Below, one piece after another: positions 9,389 to 19,564 of a DNA stretch of 47,139 bases. The position numbers and the translations under genes are program-made. Position 1 is the stretch's first letter; each line of letters begins with the position of its first letter. The stretch is from an uncultured Myxococcales bacterium (GTDB lineage: Bacteria > Myxococcota > B64-G9). The stretch covers positions 1-47,139 of the forward strand of contig CAYSLH010000005.1 of assembly GCA_964431605.1 (NCBI GenBank). The letters are read 5' to 3'. Below the pieces are notes generated by a model, which saw only the letters and a list, made by a program, of their open reading frames with translations, searched no databases and was not told the origin of the DNA.

Positions 9389-11479
9389 GTGAAAAACGGC
9401 GCAGAACGATTGAGGAATATTGGAATCTCGGCTCATATCGACAGTGGCAAGACGACCCTGACTGAGAGAATTCTATTCTATACCAAAAAGATACGCCGTA
9501 TGCACGAAGTGCGTGGGTCTGACGGTGTAGGTGCCACCATGGATTCCATGGAATTGGAACGGGAGCGAGGCATAACCATCGCTTCCGCTGCCACGTACTG
9601 CACCTGGAACAAACACCATATAAATATCATTGATACCCCTGGGCATGTGGATTTCACCATAGAGGTGGAGCGAGCGTTGCGAGTGCTCGATGGTGCCATC
9701 TTGGTCCTATGCGCCGTGGCTGGAGTACAGAGTCAGTCCCTTACCGTGGATCGACAAATGAGGCGGTACAAGGTGCCCAGGCTGGCTTTTATAAATAAAT
9801 GTGATCGAGTAGGAGCGGACCCACTACGTGTGCATGCACAGTTGAGGGAAAAGTTGGGCCTGAATCCGGTTCTCCTGCAGCTTCCCATTGGTCTGGGTGC
9901 TGATTTCAATGGTATCGTCGACCTGGTGGAGATGAAGGCCATGACCTTCGAGGGAGAGCACGGCGAGGAGGTCGTTGAGGTTCCCATTCCTGCAGATATG
10001 ACACAAGAGGTACAAGAGGCAAGAGAGACACTCCTGGATTCCGTCTCCATGTTTTCCGACGAACTGACAGAAGCCTTGTTGGAAGACGAAAACAAGGTCC
10101 AGGCCGAGTTGATTTATCGTGCCTTACGTTCCGCCGTTCTCAAGCGACAGGTGGTGCCTGTTTTGATGGGCTCAGCTTACAAGAACAAAGGCGTCCAGCC
10201 ATTGCTGGACGCGGTAGTGCGTTACCTGCCTGCCCCTTATGAGATTCCACAAGAAGCCACAGACCTGGACACGGACGGTCAGCAGGTAGAGGTATGTTCG
10301 GATTCCACCAAACCAATGGTGGCCTTGGCGTTCAAGCTCGAGGATGGTCGTTATGGTCAACTGACCTACTTGCGCGTCTACCAGGGTACTTTGAAAACAA
10401 ACGATACGGTGATAAACGCTCGCACCGGCAAAAAACACCGAGTGGGCAGACTGGTTAGAATGCATTCGGATAGAATGGAAGAACTTTCATCCGCTCAATC
10501 AGGAGACATAGTTGCCATGTTCGGCATCGACTGCCGTTCCGGCGACACTTTTACCGATGGGCAACAGCGCCTCGCCATGACCCCTATCCAGGTGCCGGAT
10601 CCGGTAATCTCCCTTTCCATCAAGCCGGCCGATTCGGTGGATGAAAGTGCCCTATCCAAGGCACTGAGGCGCTTTACCAAAGAAGATCCCACTTTTCAGA
10701 CCAACGTGGATGAAGAAAGTGGAGACACGGTCATAAGCGGCATGGGTGAACTCCACCTGGATGTATACCTGGAGCGCATGAGAAGAGAGTATGGAGTACA
10801 GGTTCTCACTTCACCTCCCAGGGTCGCATACAGGGAGACCATCAGCAGGGTCTCTTCTTTTGACTATACCCACAAGAAACAAACTGGCGGCGCAGGGCAG
10901 TTTGGTAGGGTTATGGGCAAGTTGGAACCCATGGAAGAAGGAGATTTCGAATTCGTTGACAAGGTCACAGGTGGAGCCATCCCCAGACAGTTTATACCCT
11001 CGGTGAAAAAAGGTTTCGAGAGTGCCATAAAAAAAGGACCCCTTATCTCGGCACCCATGGTACAGGTAAGAGTGGTATTGGAAGACGGTCGACACCACCC
11101 GGTGGATTCGAAAGAAGTTGCGTTTTTCGAAGCAGCGCGTGGAGCCTGGAAAAAATCCGTATCCAAGGCCGGACCACAAATTCTAGAGCCGATCATGAGA
11201 GTCTCCGTTGAGTCACCGCCGGAATTTGCCGGGGGTGTTCTTGCTGGATTGAGCCAGAGGAGAGGAATAATCGCTGGACAGCAGGAGGACGGTGGACTCT
11301 CTAGAATTGAGGCGGAAGTCCCACTTGCACAAATGTGGGGTTATGCTACGGCATTGAGATCCGCCACAGAAGGAAAGGCTTCCTTTACAATGGAGTTTGC
11401 CAAATACCAAATCGTTCCTCCTCAGGTGGCCGAGGAACTCATGGAACAGGCCCGTCGCAACAAAGCGGCAGGACTGTGA
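9389..11479 (+). CDS. fusA: Elongation factor G (spdEFG1/mtEFG1-type), not in an str operon
   Basis: [39 protein letters not shown]; GTG start after GGAGG. Confidence 0.95.
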   Translation: MKNGAERLRNIGISAHIDSGKTTLTERILFYTKKIRRMHEVRGSDGVGATMDSMELERERGITIASAATYCTWNKHHINIIDTPGHVDFTIEVERALRVLDGAILVLCAVAGVQSQSLTVDRQMRRYKVPRLAFINKCDRVGADPLRVHAQLREKLGLNPVLLQLPIGLGADFNGIVDLVEMKAMTFEGEHGEEVVEVPIPADMTQEVQEARETLLDSVSMFSDELTEALLEDENKVQAELIYRALRSAVLKRQVVPVLMGSAYKNKGVQPLLDAVVRYLPAPYEIPQEATDLDTDGQQVEVCSDSTKPMVALAFKLEDGRYGQLTYLRVYQGTLKTNDTVINARTGKKHRVGRLVRMHSDRMEELSSAQSGDIVAMFGIDCRSGDTFTDGQQRLAMTPIQVPDPVISLSIKPADSVDESALSKALRRFTKEDPTFQTNVDEESGDTVISGMGELHLDVYLERMRREYGVQVLTSPPRVAYRETISRVSSFDYTHKKQTGGAGQFGRVMGKLEPMEEGDFEFVDKVTGGAIPRQFIPSVKKGFESAIKKGPLISAPMVQVRVVLEDGRHHPVDSKEVAFFEAARGAWKKSVSKAGPQILEPIMRVSVESPPEFAGGVLAGLSQRRGIIAGQQEDGGLSRIEAEVPLAQMWGYATALRSATEGKASFTMEFAKYQIVPPQVAEELMEQARRNKAAGL

Positions 11480-11495
11480 AGCCAGGGAGGACTCA

Positions 11496-12767
11496 ATGAA
11501 ATGGAACAAGGACGCCTGGCTTGGTGGTTGGATATTTGCAGGTGCAGAAAAAGCCCTCGGTCCGAAAGAGATGGGTGCCGTTATTGCCAGGGCCGGGGTC
11601 GGCAAGACCTCCTTTTTGGTACAGCTTGCCATAGAGCACATGTTGGATGGTCATGAGATATTTCATGTTGCCATAGGGCATGAGTTAGTCCAGGTAGAGT
11701 CTCATTATGACGAGCTTTCCCTGTCGCGGCTTTCATCATTGAATACGACCGAAAAACTAGAAGCAATGCAGGATATGGCCAGGCACAGGGCCATACAAGC
11801 CATGCCACCAGGACCCATCGATGCACAGAGATTGACCAAGGCTTTGCTGAGTTACAAACAGCACCTAGGGTTGAAACCGAAGCTTTTGCTGGTGGATGGG
11901 ATGGAGCCACAAAACCGTGAATCCGACATTCCGGTGCTTGCAGAACTTGCCCGGGATTTCAATCTAGCTGTCTGGTATTCCATGCTTTCAACAGGGCATA
12001 GTCCCTATGATGATATGGATGCTCTATGTCCCAAAAATTTGGTGGACCTGGTGGTAGTACTTCAGTCGGTATCCATGAAATCTGCGGGTACTGGTTCGTC
12101 AACAGCCATTATCGCAAAGTTGGCAAGAGCTTTTGCGCGTGATGATGTTGATGGTGGTGAACTAATGCTTCATCCCGATGGTCTCAGGCCCATGGAACAG
12201 GGGAAAACCACTCACAGGAGACCTTCCGACTTTACTCTTTTATCCGGCGGTGCCCAAGGTGCTGAAGAGATCTTCGGAAGGTGCGCCCAAGAACGTAACT
12301 TAACAGAGAGAAACTTCAGTTTTGCCGGCAGGCAGGTAGCCAGGACAAGGGGACTCGTGGAGCTTACAGACGAGGAACTCGCCCTGGGAGATGTAAGTTG
12401 GACCTATCTCGTACACCGCCTCAAGAGGGAACTCAATTCTTCCGAGACAATGAAAAAAGTCCTTCAAACCATTTGGCACCAGGTGAATCCAGCGGGAGAA
12501 GTTTTTTGCGTGGGAGAGGTACTTCAGGGAGGGACGGTCAAGGGTGGAACGGGTTGGGCCGTTGAGCTGGCAAAGCAGCAGAAAAAACCCATCTGGGTGT
12601 TCGATCAGCCCTCTTCGTGTTGGTATGAATGGTTTGGAGATGATTGGCGGGCTTGTGATCCACCTTTAATAACTCAGTACAGGTTTTGCGGGACCGGCAC
12701 CAGGAATGTCACAGATGCTGGAATCAAGGCTATAGAAGAGCTATTCCAAAGGAGCTTCGGATCCTGA
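11496..12767 (+). CDS. RecA/KaiC-like P-loop ATPase domain fused to a SLOG-like domain
   Basis: ARAGVGKT Walker A, LLLVDG Walker B; C-terminal SGGAQGAE...GGTGWAVELAK...KPIWVFDQ...GTGTR; GGGAGG RBS. Confidence 0.7.
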   Translation: MKWNKDAWLGGWIFAGAEKALGPKEMGAVIARAGVGKTSFLVQLAIEHMLDGHEIFHVAIGHELVQVESHYDELSLSRLSSLNTTEKLEAMQDMARHRAIQAMPPGPIDAQRLTKALLSYKQHLGLKPKLLLVDGMEPQNRESDIPVLAELARDFNLAVWYSMLSTGHSPYDDMDALCPKNLVDLVVVLQSVSMKSAGTGSSTAIIAKLARAFARDDVDGGELMLHPDGLRPMEQGKTTHRRPSDFTLLSGGAQGAEEIFGRCAQERNLTERNFSFAGRQVARTRGLVELTDEELALGDVSWTYLVHRLKRELNSSETMKKVLQTIWHQVNPAGEVFCVGEVLQGGTVKGGTGWAVELAKQQKKPIWVFDQPSSCWYEWFGDDWRACDPPLITQYRFCGTGTRNVTDAGIKAIEELFQRSFGS

Positions 12768-12795
12768 GCATGGGCTTCGCCGCAAGAACCAGATA

Positions 12796-12912
12796 TCAAA
12801 ATCCTTCGTCCGAGAGCTTCTGGTTGACCTGCTTGACCTTGTCCTGATCCAACTCGAACAGCACCTTGTTGTCCGAATCCACCAGGATCATCGTACCACC
12901 GTAAACAGCCAT
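12796..12912 (-). CDS. Putative 38-aa small protein
   Basis: Manual translation MAVYGGTMILVDSDNKVLFELDQDKVKQVNQKLSDEGF; GC3-rich codon usage; fills the gap after the OmpA/MotB gene. Confidence 0.4.
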   Translation of the reverse strand: MAVYGGTMILVDSDNKVLFELDQDKVKQVNQKLSDEGF

Positions 12913-12936
12913 CCTCGCGCCATGAGCAAAGCCTAT

Positions 12937-13791
12937 TTATTCAGACAAAACCTGGTCGAATCCAGGCAGTTCGTCTATCTTCGGCAGAAAGACTATCTCC
13001 ACCCTGCGGTTCAATGCGCGGTTTTCCTGGGTGTCGTTGTCCACCAGAGGATCGAATTCAGCGTTACCTGCGGCAGAGATCATCTCCGGTTTGACGCCGG
13101 ATTGAACCAGCAACTTTACGACCTCGACCGCACGCTGGGTCGACAGTTCCCAGTTGGACGGAAACCTGGCTGAGTGAATGGGCTTGGAATCAGTATGGCC
13201 CATGACCTGGAACCTCCTGCCTTCGAAAGTGGCTAAAGTATGGGCCAACTCTTCCAGCGCCGCTCTCGCTTCGTCCTTGATTCTGATCGAGCCTGGAGCG
13301 AACACGATATCCGAAGCCATTCTCACCACCAGCAAGCCGTTTCGAGGTTTGACCTCCAAGGTTCCCGCGTCCATCATGTCCTTGAGCTTGAACATGAGCT
13401 TGCGAAATTCTGCATTTCGTCGTTCAGCAGCGGCTCTCATCTGTTTCAACTTGTTTACCTGCTCCATCAGTTCCTGCTGCTTTTTGCTCAACTCCTGGCG
13501 TTCTGCCTTGAGTTGGCCCTTTTCTCCCGAGAGCTTGTCGATTTTCATGCTCATGGAGGCCAGCATGGCATCTTGTTCGTCGCCCTTTTTTATAGAGGCA
13601 GCCAGTTCGGCCTGGCACTTTTCCTTCGCTTCCTGTTGCTCCTTACGTTTTGCCTCCAACTGTTCCATGGCTGTTTGATGTTTTTCGTTGTTTTTTTTGA
13701 GTATCTCCTCGTGGGTACTCGTCATCATACACGCAGGCAAAACCAAGCCAGCAGCTAATATCAGCATAAACGCTTTCTGTGTCGTCTTCAT
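12937..13791 (-). CDS. OmpA/MotB-family peptidoglycan-binding lipoprotein with coiled coil
   Basis: Lipobox VLPAC; coiled coil; GHTD, NWELSTQRA, NRRVEI. Confidence 0.9.
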   Translation of the reverse strand: MKTTQKAFMLILAAGLVLPACMMTSTHEEILKKNNEKHQTAMEQLEAKRKEQQEAKEKCQAELAASIKKGDEQDAMLASMSMKIDKLSGEKGQLKAERQELSKKQQELMEQVNKLKQMRAAAERRNAEFRKLMFKLKDMMDAGTLEVKPRNGLLVVRMASDIVFAPGSIRIKDEARAALEELAHTLATFEGRRFQVMGHTDSKPIHSARFPSNWELSTQRAVEVVKLLVQSGVKPEMISAAGNAEFDPLVDNDTQENRALNRRVEIVFLPKIDELPGFDQVLSE

Positions 13792-13911
13792 CGCATCCTC
13801 CTTACCGCCATGCCGAAAAGACCAGGCTACACGGCGAATCTGAATATTTGTCTACTTGGTTTATACAGTGAAAATATCAAATAGTCGAGTTCCCCCACTT
13901 GGAGCAGAAAA

Positions 13912-14781
13912 TCATTTTATCGGCACAAGGTTCACATCAGCCTCCTTGGCCAGATTCTTGAGCAACTTACTCCATCTGGCTTTTGCTCCGCACCATCTTT
14001 TGTCTGCCAGGAGTTTATCGCCAATGGATATTTCCCTTTTAATATCCTGTTCCGCGTCATCTTCCTCTACTTCCCACAGGGCCTGGGCATAAAATATGTG
14101 ATTCAGAGGATGCTCCGGATAATAGGCTACCGCCTGTTTGAGAAGTACGAGCGCCTTGTCTCCATCTCCGATACCGCGAGGCCACGGAGGGGCCACGAGA
14201 TACAGTAGCCCCAAAACCCTGAGTGGTCCGCCCTTCTCCTCGTCCGGCACCAGTTGGATGGCCTTTTTCAGTGCTTTTACGATCCTATTGATGTTTTTGA
14301 TGGCCAGAGCAGTGTGATCATGTACGGCTATTCCGAGATTTACAGCCAGGTAATAATTGACACGACCTTCCTCTTCGGTTTCGTCTCCTCTGATCCCATA
14401 CAGGGCTTGCGCCGGAGCTCCATCCAGTGCTACCTGGGCCCACCTGACTCCTTCAGATGCCAGTCGCTCCTTGTTCGATCTTTTATTGTCTCTGTCGGCC
14501 AACAAATAGCACACCTTGGAAGGAGCCGAGGTCTCGTGAATGGAAGACGCACGCATGGTTCTCAACAAGTAAAGGGCACAGTGAAGTTCAGATGTGGGAG
14601 TGGATATGTCGAAACCTCGTATCCTGGCCAGAAGATCGTCCTGGTCCATGTCCTGACATCGTGATTCCATTCCCTCGAGTTTGTAGATATCTTTGGGTAG
14701 AGAAATCCTGCAACCGGTCAAGGTAATGGCAAAAAGGCCGTATAATAAACGATTCCTGAAGTTTTTCAGCGTCTGTCCCAA
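13912..14781 (-). CDS. Helical/TPR-like lipoprotein (TRAP T-component/BstC-like)
   Basis: Lipobox TLTGC; GGPLRVLGLLYLVAPPWP.GIGD.DKAL..L..A....P.HP.N motif. Confidence 0.7.
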   Translation of the reverse strand: MGQTLKNFRNRLLYGLFAITLTGCRISLPKDIYKLEGMESRCQDMDQDDLLARIRGFDISTPTSELHCALYLLRTMRASSIHETSAPSKVCYLLADRDNKRSNKERLASEGVRWAQVALDGAPAQALYGIRGDETEEEGRVNYYLAVNLGIAVHDHTALAIKNINRIVKALKKAIQLVPDEEKGGPLRVLGLLYLVAPPWPRGIGDGDKALVLLKQAVAYYPEHPLNHIFYAQALWEVEEDDAEQDIKREISIGDKLLADKRWCGAKARWSKLLKNLAKEADVNLVPIK

Positions 14782-15599
14782 AGTTTTTCAACCTCGATGT
14801 ACACATTCTGTGATGTTACAGGTTTGAAAGACTCCAGACCAAACATGTCGCAGATGTCTTTGCCTTGTGCACTCTTGCACAATTTACCCAAGGCCTCAGC
14901 CATTCGTTTTCTGTCTTGTACGCTGGTCCTGTCTGTCGCAGCAGCAAGGCCCACGAGGGGAAAAGGGTTGGACTCGAAGATCGGTTCGATTTCGGCGGCG
15001 AAGGGCAAAGAACTCAGTGCGCTGAATTGTTGTTGGTTTACGAGCACCGCGTCCAGTTTTCCTTTGGCTAATTTCCGCAAAGACCTCAAGGTCCTTTTGG
15101 AAGGTTTGAGCTGAAAATACGTTCCAGGTTCTATTTTGCCCTCAAAAACTATCCTATGCAAAAATTCAGACTCGGTAAGCAAAGATCCTCCCAGGGACTT
15201 ACCTTTGAGATCCTGTAGTTTTGATGCGGATCCTTTTTTTACAAGAATTCTATATACCTCGTCCGTTGATCCTGCGATGACAGGCTGCACCAAGACCTCC
15301 AACTTGTCTTTTTTTCTGCGCTGAAGGAACAACCCAGTAGAGGTTATGACATATGCGGGCTTGTCTTCATCCAACATCTTGAGACATTGGTCGAGCTTTG
15401 TGGTGAACTTGTGTTCGAAGGTGCCTGCTGGCCAACCTCCCAGGGATTCTAATGCCGATAGCATCCTTGCCATGGTGGGTTGAGCCTGGGAAGGTTTGAC
15501 GTTTCCACCTCCCGGGTAACATACCAAAATTTCCGTGGCGTGCGCTTGCGACAGAATAGCAAGTGTCACAAGTGTTATTAATGTTGTTTTTGCCATCAT
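14766..15599 (-). CDS. PhnD/SsuA-fold periplasmic binding protein (BstB-like)
   Basis: Signal peptide (AHA); Y.ILVKK....L.DLKGK.L; GKLDAVLV. Confidence 0.75.
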   Translation of the reverse strand: MMAKTTLITLVTLAILSQAHATEILVCYPGGGNVKPSQAQPTMARMLSALESLGGWPAGTFEHKFTTKLDQCLKMLDEDKPAYVITSTGLFLQRRKKDKLEVLVQPVIAGSTDEVYRILVKKGSASKLQDLKGKSLGGSLLTESEFLHRIVFEGKIEPGTYFQLKPSKRTLRSLRKLAKGKLDAVLVNQQQFSALSSLPFAAEIEPIFESNPFPLVGLAAATDRTSVQDRKRMAEALGKLCKSAQGKDICDMFGLESFKPVTSQNVYIEVEKLWDRR

Positions 15600-15600
15600 A

Positions 15601-18396
15601 TCAATGCCCCTCATCCTTTTCTTTCTGGTTCCGGTAAATAAGCTGAGCTATGGCCGGGGAGACCAGCATAGCAGAGGCCACACAACACAAAAGTCCGATG
15701 GTTATGGCCACTCCCATAGATGCGACCCCTCGGTAAGATGCCATGGTTATGGCACCCAGTCCTGCCAAGGTGGTGCCGGCAGCGAGTAAAATTGCCTTTC
15801 CTGCAATAGAGGCGATCTGCCATCCTCCCATGTCGGTCATCTCCATCTTTCTATGCGCAAACCACACGCCATAGTCCACGGCCAGCCCCATGACCAGAGG
15901 CAGACCGATTATATTCGCAAAGTTGAACTTCATTCCAGCCACGTACATGATCCCCATCATCCATCCGCCACCCACCAGGAGGGGTAAGGATGCTATGAGT
16001 ATTCCCTTGAATCTTCTGAACACCAGCGCAATCCACAAAAGCGCGATGATAGCTGCCGCCACAGAACCGTGCCTGAAAGATGATACAACCATCCTGGAAA
16101 ACACGTGGTGAGTGGTGGGAAAGCCTGTAACGTTTTTAGACACTGAGTAGACCTGCTTGATCAACTCATCCAGCACCTTTGTGTCATAAATGTTTCCAGC
16201 GGGAAAAGCATAAAAGGCCACCTGACCATCTTTGGAAAAGAACCGGTCGTAGAGATTGGAAGGAAGATCGCGGGGATTGAGTATGGATGCCTGCTTCCAA
16301 GCTTTCAGGACATCCAGCGCCGACTTGCCGGCTTGTGCGAGTTTGCCTACATAAAGACGTGTACGTTGTCTGCTCTTGTCGGGATTCTCATTCCAGCGAT
16401 CATTGATTTTTTCGATCTGGTCCAGAATTTTTTCCATTTGCTTGACCAGCTCTGCATGGCCTGCAGAAAAAGCCTGTTCCTGGCCATCCTCTATTACCTC
16501 CTGGAGTTTTTCCAGAGTGTGAAGGATCTTTGGGTCATATTCTTTCTCGAGTTTGATATCACCCAAAGAACGAATCCGGCTCGCATAGACAGATTCGTCA
16601 ACTTTCTTTCCTATGTCACGTGCTGTACGTGCTCTTTGAGCGGCATCCTTCGGGAAAATATCCGTGATGGTTTGAACCCGTGCGATGGCGGGCAGTTTTG
16701 CTGCCCTTTTTGCCATCTGCCTGGCTTCCGGTATGGAATTGGCCGTAAAAATCACAACCTCTCCCTGGTAATCGCTTTTTTTCAACATCAGTCTTTGCAA
16801 CTTGGCGGCCTCGGAATCTTTTGGTAACAAAGACATGACATCGTAATCGAACGGTATATGGAACGCAGCAATTGCCCCAAGCACCGCTCCCGAGACAGCC
16901 ACCAACACCAATAAGACGTTGGCAGACTGAAGTAACTTCACTTTTCCTTTCGATACTTTTTCAGAAACAAGAAAGGATTTTTCCGCAGCAAATCGTTTTG
17001 GCGATTTTACCTTTGGAGGAAGAAGGAAAAAAGCGATGGGCTGAAGCACGAAAGTGCTCACCAGCACCAGCAGGACTCCGCTTGCAGCCACGATACCCAA
17101 CTCGGAAAACCCATCGAACTCCACAAAGGAAAGTGATACGAATATCAGCACGGTGGCACCACCTGCAACCAGCAGCGCCCTTGCCGATGCCACCGTTCCA
17201 TTGACGATAGCTGCAAGCAAATCCTGCTCATGGGTCCTTTCTTCGATTATCCTGGTGCTCATGAAAATGCCGTAGTCTATTCCAAGACCAAAGAGAATAG
17301 CGGTGAAGCCGGATGTAATGATTGTGAGATGTCCAAGGATCAGGTAGGCAGCGCCAATGTTCCATACCACTCCCAATGCCATGGGAACGAACACCACGAT
17401 GGCCCAGCGAACCGAACGCAACCATATGAGGATCAACAGGATGATGAGCCCGATGGCAGTGGTTATGGTTAGCTTGATATCATGTCTGACCGCGACAAAC
17501 TCCTCGAACGAAGCGGCGGGCAGACCGGTCAGTCCCACTTGAGGGGGCGTCTTGCCTTGTTTGCGCCATTCGATCTGAAGTTCTTTTGCATTGATTTTCA
17601 CCCCGTCGATGAAGGGCTTGAGGTGCTCAAACTCTTCGGATGAATCCTTGGGTCTGACAAACATAAACAGAAGCTTTCCATCCCTGGAAGAGTAATAACC
17701 GCTGGACATGGATTGGGCACCGTGGCTGGCCAGCAAGGTATTCCATGAGATGGAGTTCGGTGCTTTTGGGGCATCGAGCCATCTGAGCCATTGGTCCAGG
17801 ACGAACTGAACCAGATTCATGCCCTCTTTTGCGCTTTTGATATCAATATCCAGAGAACCCAGGTCTGGAGGATTTTCCAGCCAGTCTGCGGTTCTTTTCC
17901 ATGCGTCTGCCCAGTCGTTGAGCTTGTCCGGAGGTCTCACTCCTATGAGCGAATCCACCACCTTCGAAAACTGCTCGAGCGTGTCAGGTGGAATCATAAG
18001 ATAGGCGTGTTTGAGAAAGAAAAGTATATCAACACGTTCGTTTACCGAACGAATATTTTTGTTTTTTTCCAGACGACGGGCGAGTTCCGTGGTGAACTCC
18101 TCCATCTGTGGCCTTGGGGCACCCTGTATGACGACGATGAGGTCGTTGGCGGAACCGAATTTATTCAGAAAATCATTGAGTCTTTTCGTTACATCCACAT
18201 TTGCGGGCAAAAGGGCTCTTCTGGAAGTGAGGATTCGTATATTGTATGCAGCCGCCGAGGAAAGAGCTGTCAGCACCAGAGCCAACAATAAAAAAATCAC
18301 CTTATGTTTGACAAATGATGAGATGATTCTCGTCAAAATTGACTCAGGTCGCAATGGGCAGGCTCCATGGTTGTCATACACACGAGCAATAGTCAC
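15601..18396 (-). CDS. MMPL/RND lipid transporter (HpnN/BstA-like)
   Basis: Two TM bundles with GLGIDYGI and GLAVDYGV motifs and large periplasmic loops; true start may be about 18336. Confidence 0.88.
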   Translation of the reverse strand: MTIARVYDNHGACPLRPESILTRIISSFVKHKVIFLLLALVLTALSSAAAYNIRILTSRRALLPANVDVTKRLNDFLNKFGSANDLIVVIQGAPRPQMEEFTTELARRLEKNKNIRSVNERVDILFFLKHAYLMIPPDTLEQFSKVVDSLIGVRPPDKLNDWADAWKRTADWLENPPDLGSLDIDIKSAKEGMNLVQFVLDQWLRWLDAPKAPNSISWNTLLASHGAQSMSSGYYSSRDGKLLFMFVRPKDSSEEFEHLKPFIDGVKINAKELQIEWRKQGKTPPQVGLTGLPAASFEEFVAVRHDIKLTITTAIGLIILLILIWLRSVRWAIVVFVPMALGVVWNIGAAYLILGHLTIITSGFTAILFGLGIDYGIFMSTRIIEERTHEQDLLAAIVNGTVASARALLVAGGATVLIFVSLSFVEFDGFSELGIVAASGVLLVLVSTFVLQPIAFFLLPPKVKSPKRFAAEKSFLVSEKVSKGKVKLLQSANVLLVLVAVSGAVLGAIAAFHIPFDYDVMSLLPKDSEAAKLQRLMLKKSDYQGEVVIFTANSIPEARQMAKRAAKLPAIARVQTITDIFPKDAAQRARTARDIGKKVDESVYASRIRSLGDIKLEKEYDPKILHTLEKLQEVIEDGQEQAFSAGHAELVKQMEKILDQIEKINDRWNENPDKSRQRTRLYVGKLAQAGKSALDVLKAWKQASILNPRDLPSNLYDRFFSKDGQVAFYAFPAGNIYDTKVLDELIKQVYSVSKNVTGFPTTHHVFSRMVVSSFRHGSVAAAIIALLWIALVFRRFKGILIASLPLLVGGGWMMGIMYVAGMKFNFANIIGLPLVMGLAVDYGVWFAHRKMEMTDMGGWQIASIAGKAILLAAGTTLAGLGAITMASYRGVASMGVAITIGLLCCVASAMLVSPAIAQLIYRNQKEKDEGH

Positions 18397-18525
18397 AGTT
18401 TATGGTTACGAACAAAGATGTCAAGGTGAACCGATGGGAATCAGACCTGATTACGGCAGGGTGGCGACTGGCCATTCATATGGGTTATACTCTCTTGCGC
18501 CAACTTTGCTCCCAGGAGGTCACAA

Positions 18526-19563
18526 GTGAAAAAAAATTCGGTTTTCATTTTCGTCACTGTCACTATTGTCGCAGTTATCACGGCATGGTTCTTGATGAAA
18601 AGCCGTCAAGCTCCGACACCAGGGGAGCAGACAGTCACGGTTTATGTCTCGGAAGACCAGGTTTTTTCCGAGCCCATCCTCAAGGACTTCGAAAAAGACA
18701 CTGGGATAAAGGTCAAGGCAATCTACGACACCGAAGAGGCCAAGAGCACCGGTGCCATGAACCGGCTCATTGCCGAAAAGGACAACCCGCAGGCTGATGT
18801 CTACTGGGCAAATGAACCCATACGGGCAGAGGTTCTGAAGCAAAAGGGCATACTCGCGCCTTATTTTTCTTCCAACGCAAAAGATATTCCGCCCATGTTC
18901 AAGGATCCCGATGGGAACTGGACCGGGTTTTCCGCGAGGGCCAGGGTCTTGATTGTCAATAACAATGTTGATCAAAAGCCCGGCAGCATAATGGCTTACA
19001 TAGATCCAGGGTGGAAGGACAGAGCGGTTATCGCAAATCCCCTGTTCGGCACCACCACGTCCCATGTTGCTGCATTGTTCACGATCTGGGGCGAGGCAAA
19101 GACAAAAAAGTTCATGCAAGATCTAAAGCAAAACAAAGTCGCCATATCCACAAGCAACGGCGAGAGCGCGGACTTTGTGGCGTCCGGGCAGTACAAATTC
19201 AGCCTCGTGGACTCGGACGATGCGGTCAACCGCACCAGGCAGAAAAAACCAGTGTCCATGGTGTATCCGGATCAAGGCAAAGACGCAACAGGTTGCTTCA
19301 TCGTGCCCAACACCGCCATGTTGATCAAGGGCGCCCCACACCCACAGGCTGCAAAAAAGCTAATCGATTACCTTTTGTCCAGACAGACAGAACAAAAGCT
19401 GGCCTTTGCCGATTGCGCACAGATCCCTCTTCATCCTGGTGTCAAGACACCTCCTGAGCTCAAGGCACTCAAAGACATCAAGCTCATGAAAGTAGACTAT
19501 GCCCAGGTGGCAAAGAAAATGGTCGAGATCCAACCTTTCCTCAAGACCTGGATGGGACTGTAA
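18526..19563 (+). CDS. Fe3+/thiamine-family ABC transporter substrate-binding protein
   Basis: RLIAEKDNPQADVYW, WTGFSARARV, ANPLFGTT; GGAGG RBS. Confidence 0.88.
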   Translation: MKKNSVFIFVTVTIVAVITAWFLMKSRQAPTPGEQTVTVYVSEDQVFSEPILKDFEKDTGIKVKAIYDTEEAKSTGAMNRLIAEKDNPQADVYWANEPIRAEVLKQKGILAPYFSSNAKDIPPMFKDPDGNWTGFSARARVLIVNNNVDQKPGSIMAYIDPGWKDRAVIANPLFGTTTSHVAALFTIWGEAKTKKFMQDLKQNKVAISTSNGESADFVASGQYKFSLVDSDDAVNRTRQKKPVSMVYPDQGKDATGCFIVPNTAMLIKGAPHPQAAKKLIDYLLSRQTEQKLAFADCAQIPLHPGVKTPPELKALKDIKLMKVDYAQVAKKMVEIQPFLKTWMGL

Positions 19564-19564
19564 A

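Noticed and set aside
12937-13791. Flagellar stator MotB
   Set aside because: Has a lipobox instead of the Asp-containing TM helix and no motA partner; a generic OmpA-like peptidoglycan-binding lipoprotein
18400-18525. Riboswitch upstream of the Fe/thiamine-type ABC operon
   Set aside because: No TPP or cobalamin consensus motifs recognisable
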